DNA of 53,705 nt from a virus. Taxonomy: Duplodnaviria > Heunggongvirae > Uroviricota > Caudoviricetes. Positions 53,676-53,705 of this stretch are shown here, one piece after another. The notes beneath the pieces were generated by a model. It saw nothing but the letters and a program-made list of their open reading frames with translations, made no database searches and was not told the DNA's origin. The stretch is taken from IMG/VR virus record IMGVR_UViG_3300037466_000352. The stretch is one strand, 5' to 3'. A program made the translations under genes and the position numbers. Within the stretch, counting starts at the first letter, position 1; every line of letters begins with the position of its first letter.

Positions 53676-53705
53676 GTAAGACGCTACCACGATATAGCCT
53701 GATTG

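Noticed and set aside
53672-53705. Start of the gene after uvsX (MSKTLPRYSLI), possibly gp41 by synteny
   Set aside because: Only 11 codons are visible, so it cannot be assigned.

Overview
Core region of a large T4-like (Tevenvirinae/Kyanoviridae-style gene order) myovirus genome, almost all on the + strand. Order: truncated GIY-YIG homing endonuclease (- strand), tail/head module (gp18, gp19, gp20, gp67/68-like, gp21, gp22, gp23, gp3), uvsY, three ADP-ribosyltransferase-fold genes with T4 capsid-targeting-like leaders facing a convergent ADP-ribosylglycohydrolase, uvsW, gp55, exonuclease, gp47/gp46, AAA ATPase, two nucleotide pyrophosphohydrolases, gp45/44/62, regA. A ~18 kb accessory island follows: early genes, 14 recognisable tRNAs, two tRNA-like RNAs with large structured insertions, HNH, ferritin-like, GT-like, Acb2, two RNA ligases, Dda-like helicase and a Pnk-type kinase. 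The window ends with gp43, a 2OG-Fe(II) oxygenase, a PQ-loop-like protein and uvsX. The best candidates for undescribed biology are the ADP-ribosylation writer/eraser module, the expanded tRNA-like RNAs, and a conserved TCCCA box in promoter spacers. All family calls come from motif recognition by eye; no searches or folding programs were run, and the host cannot be determined from this window.
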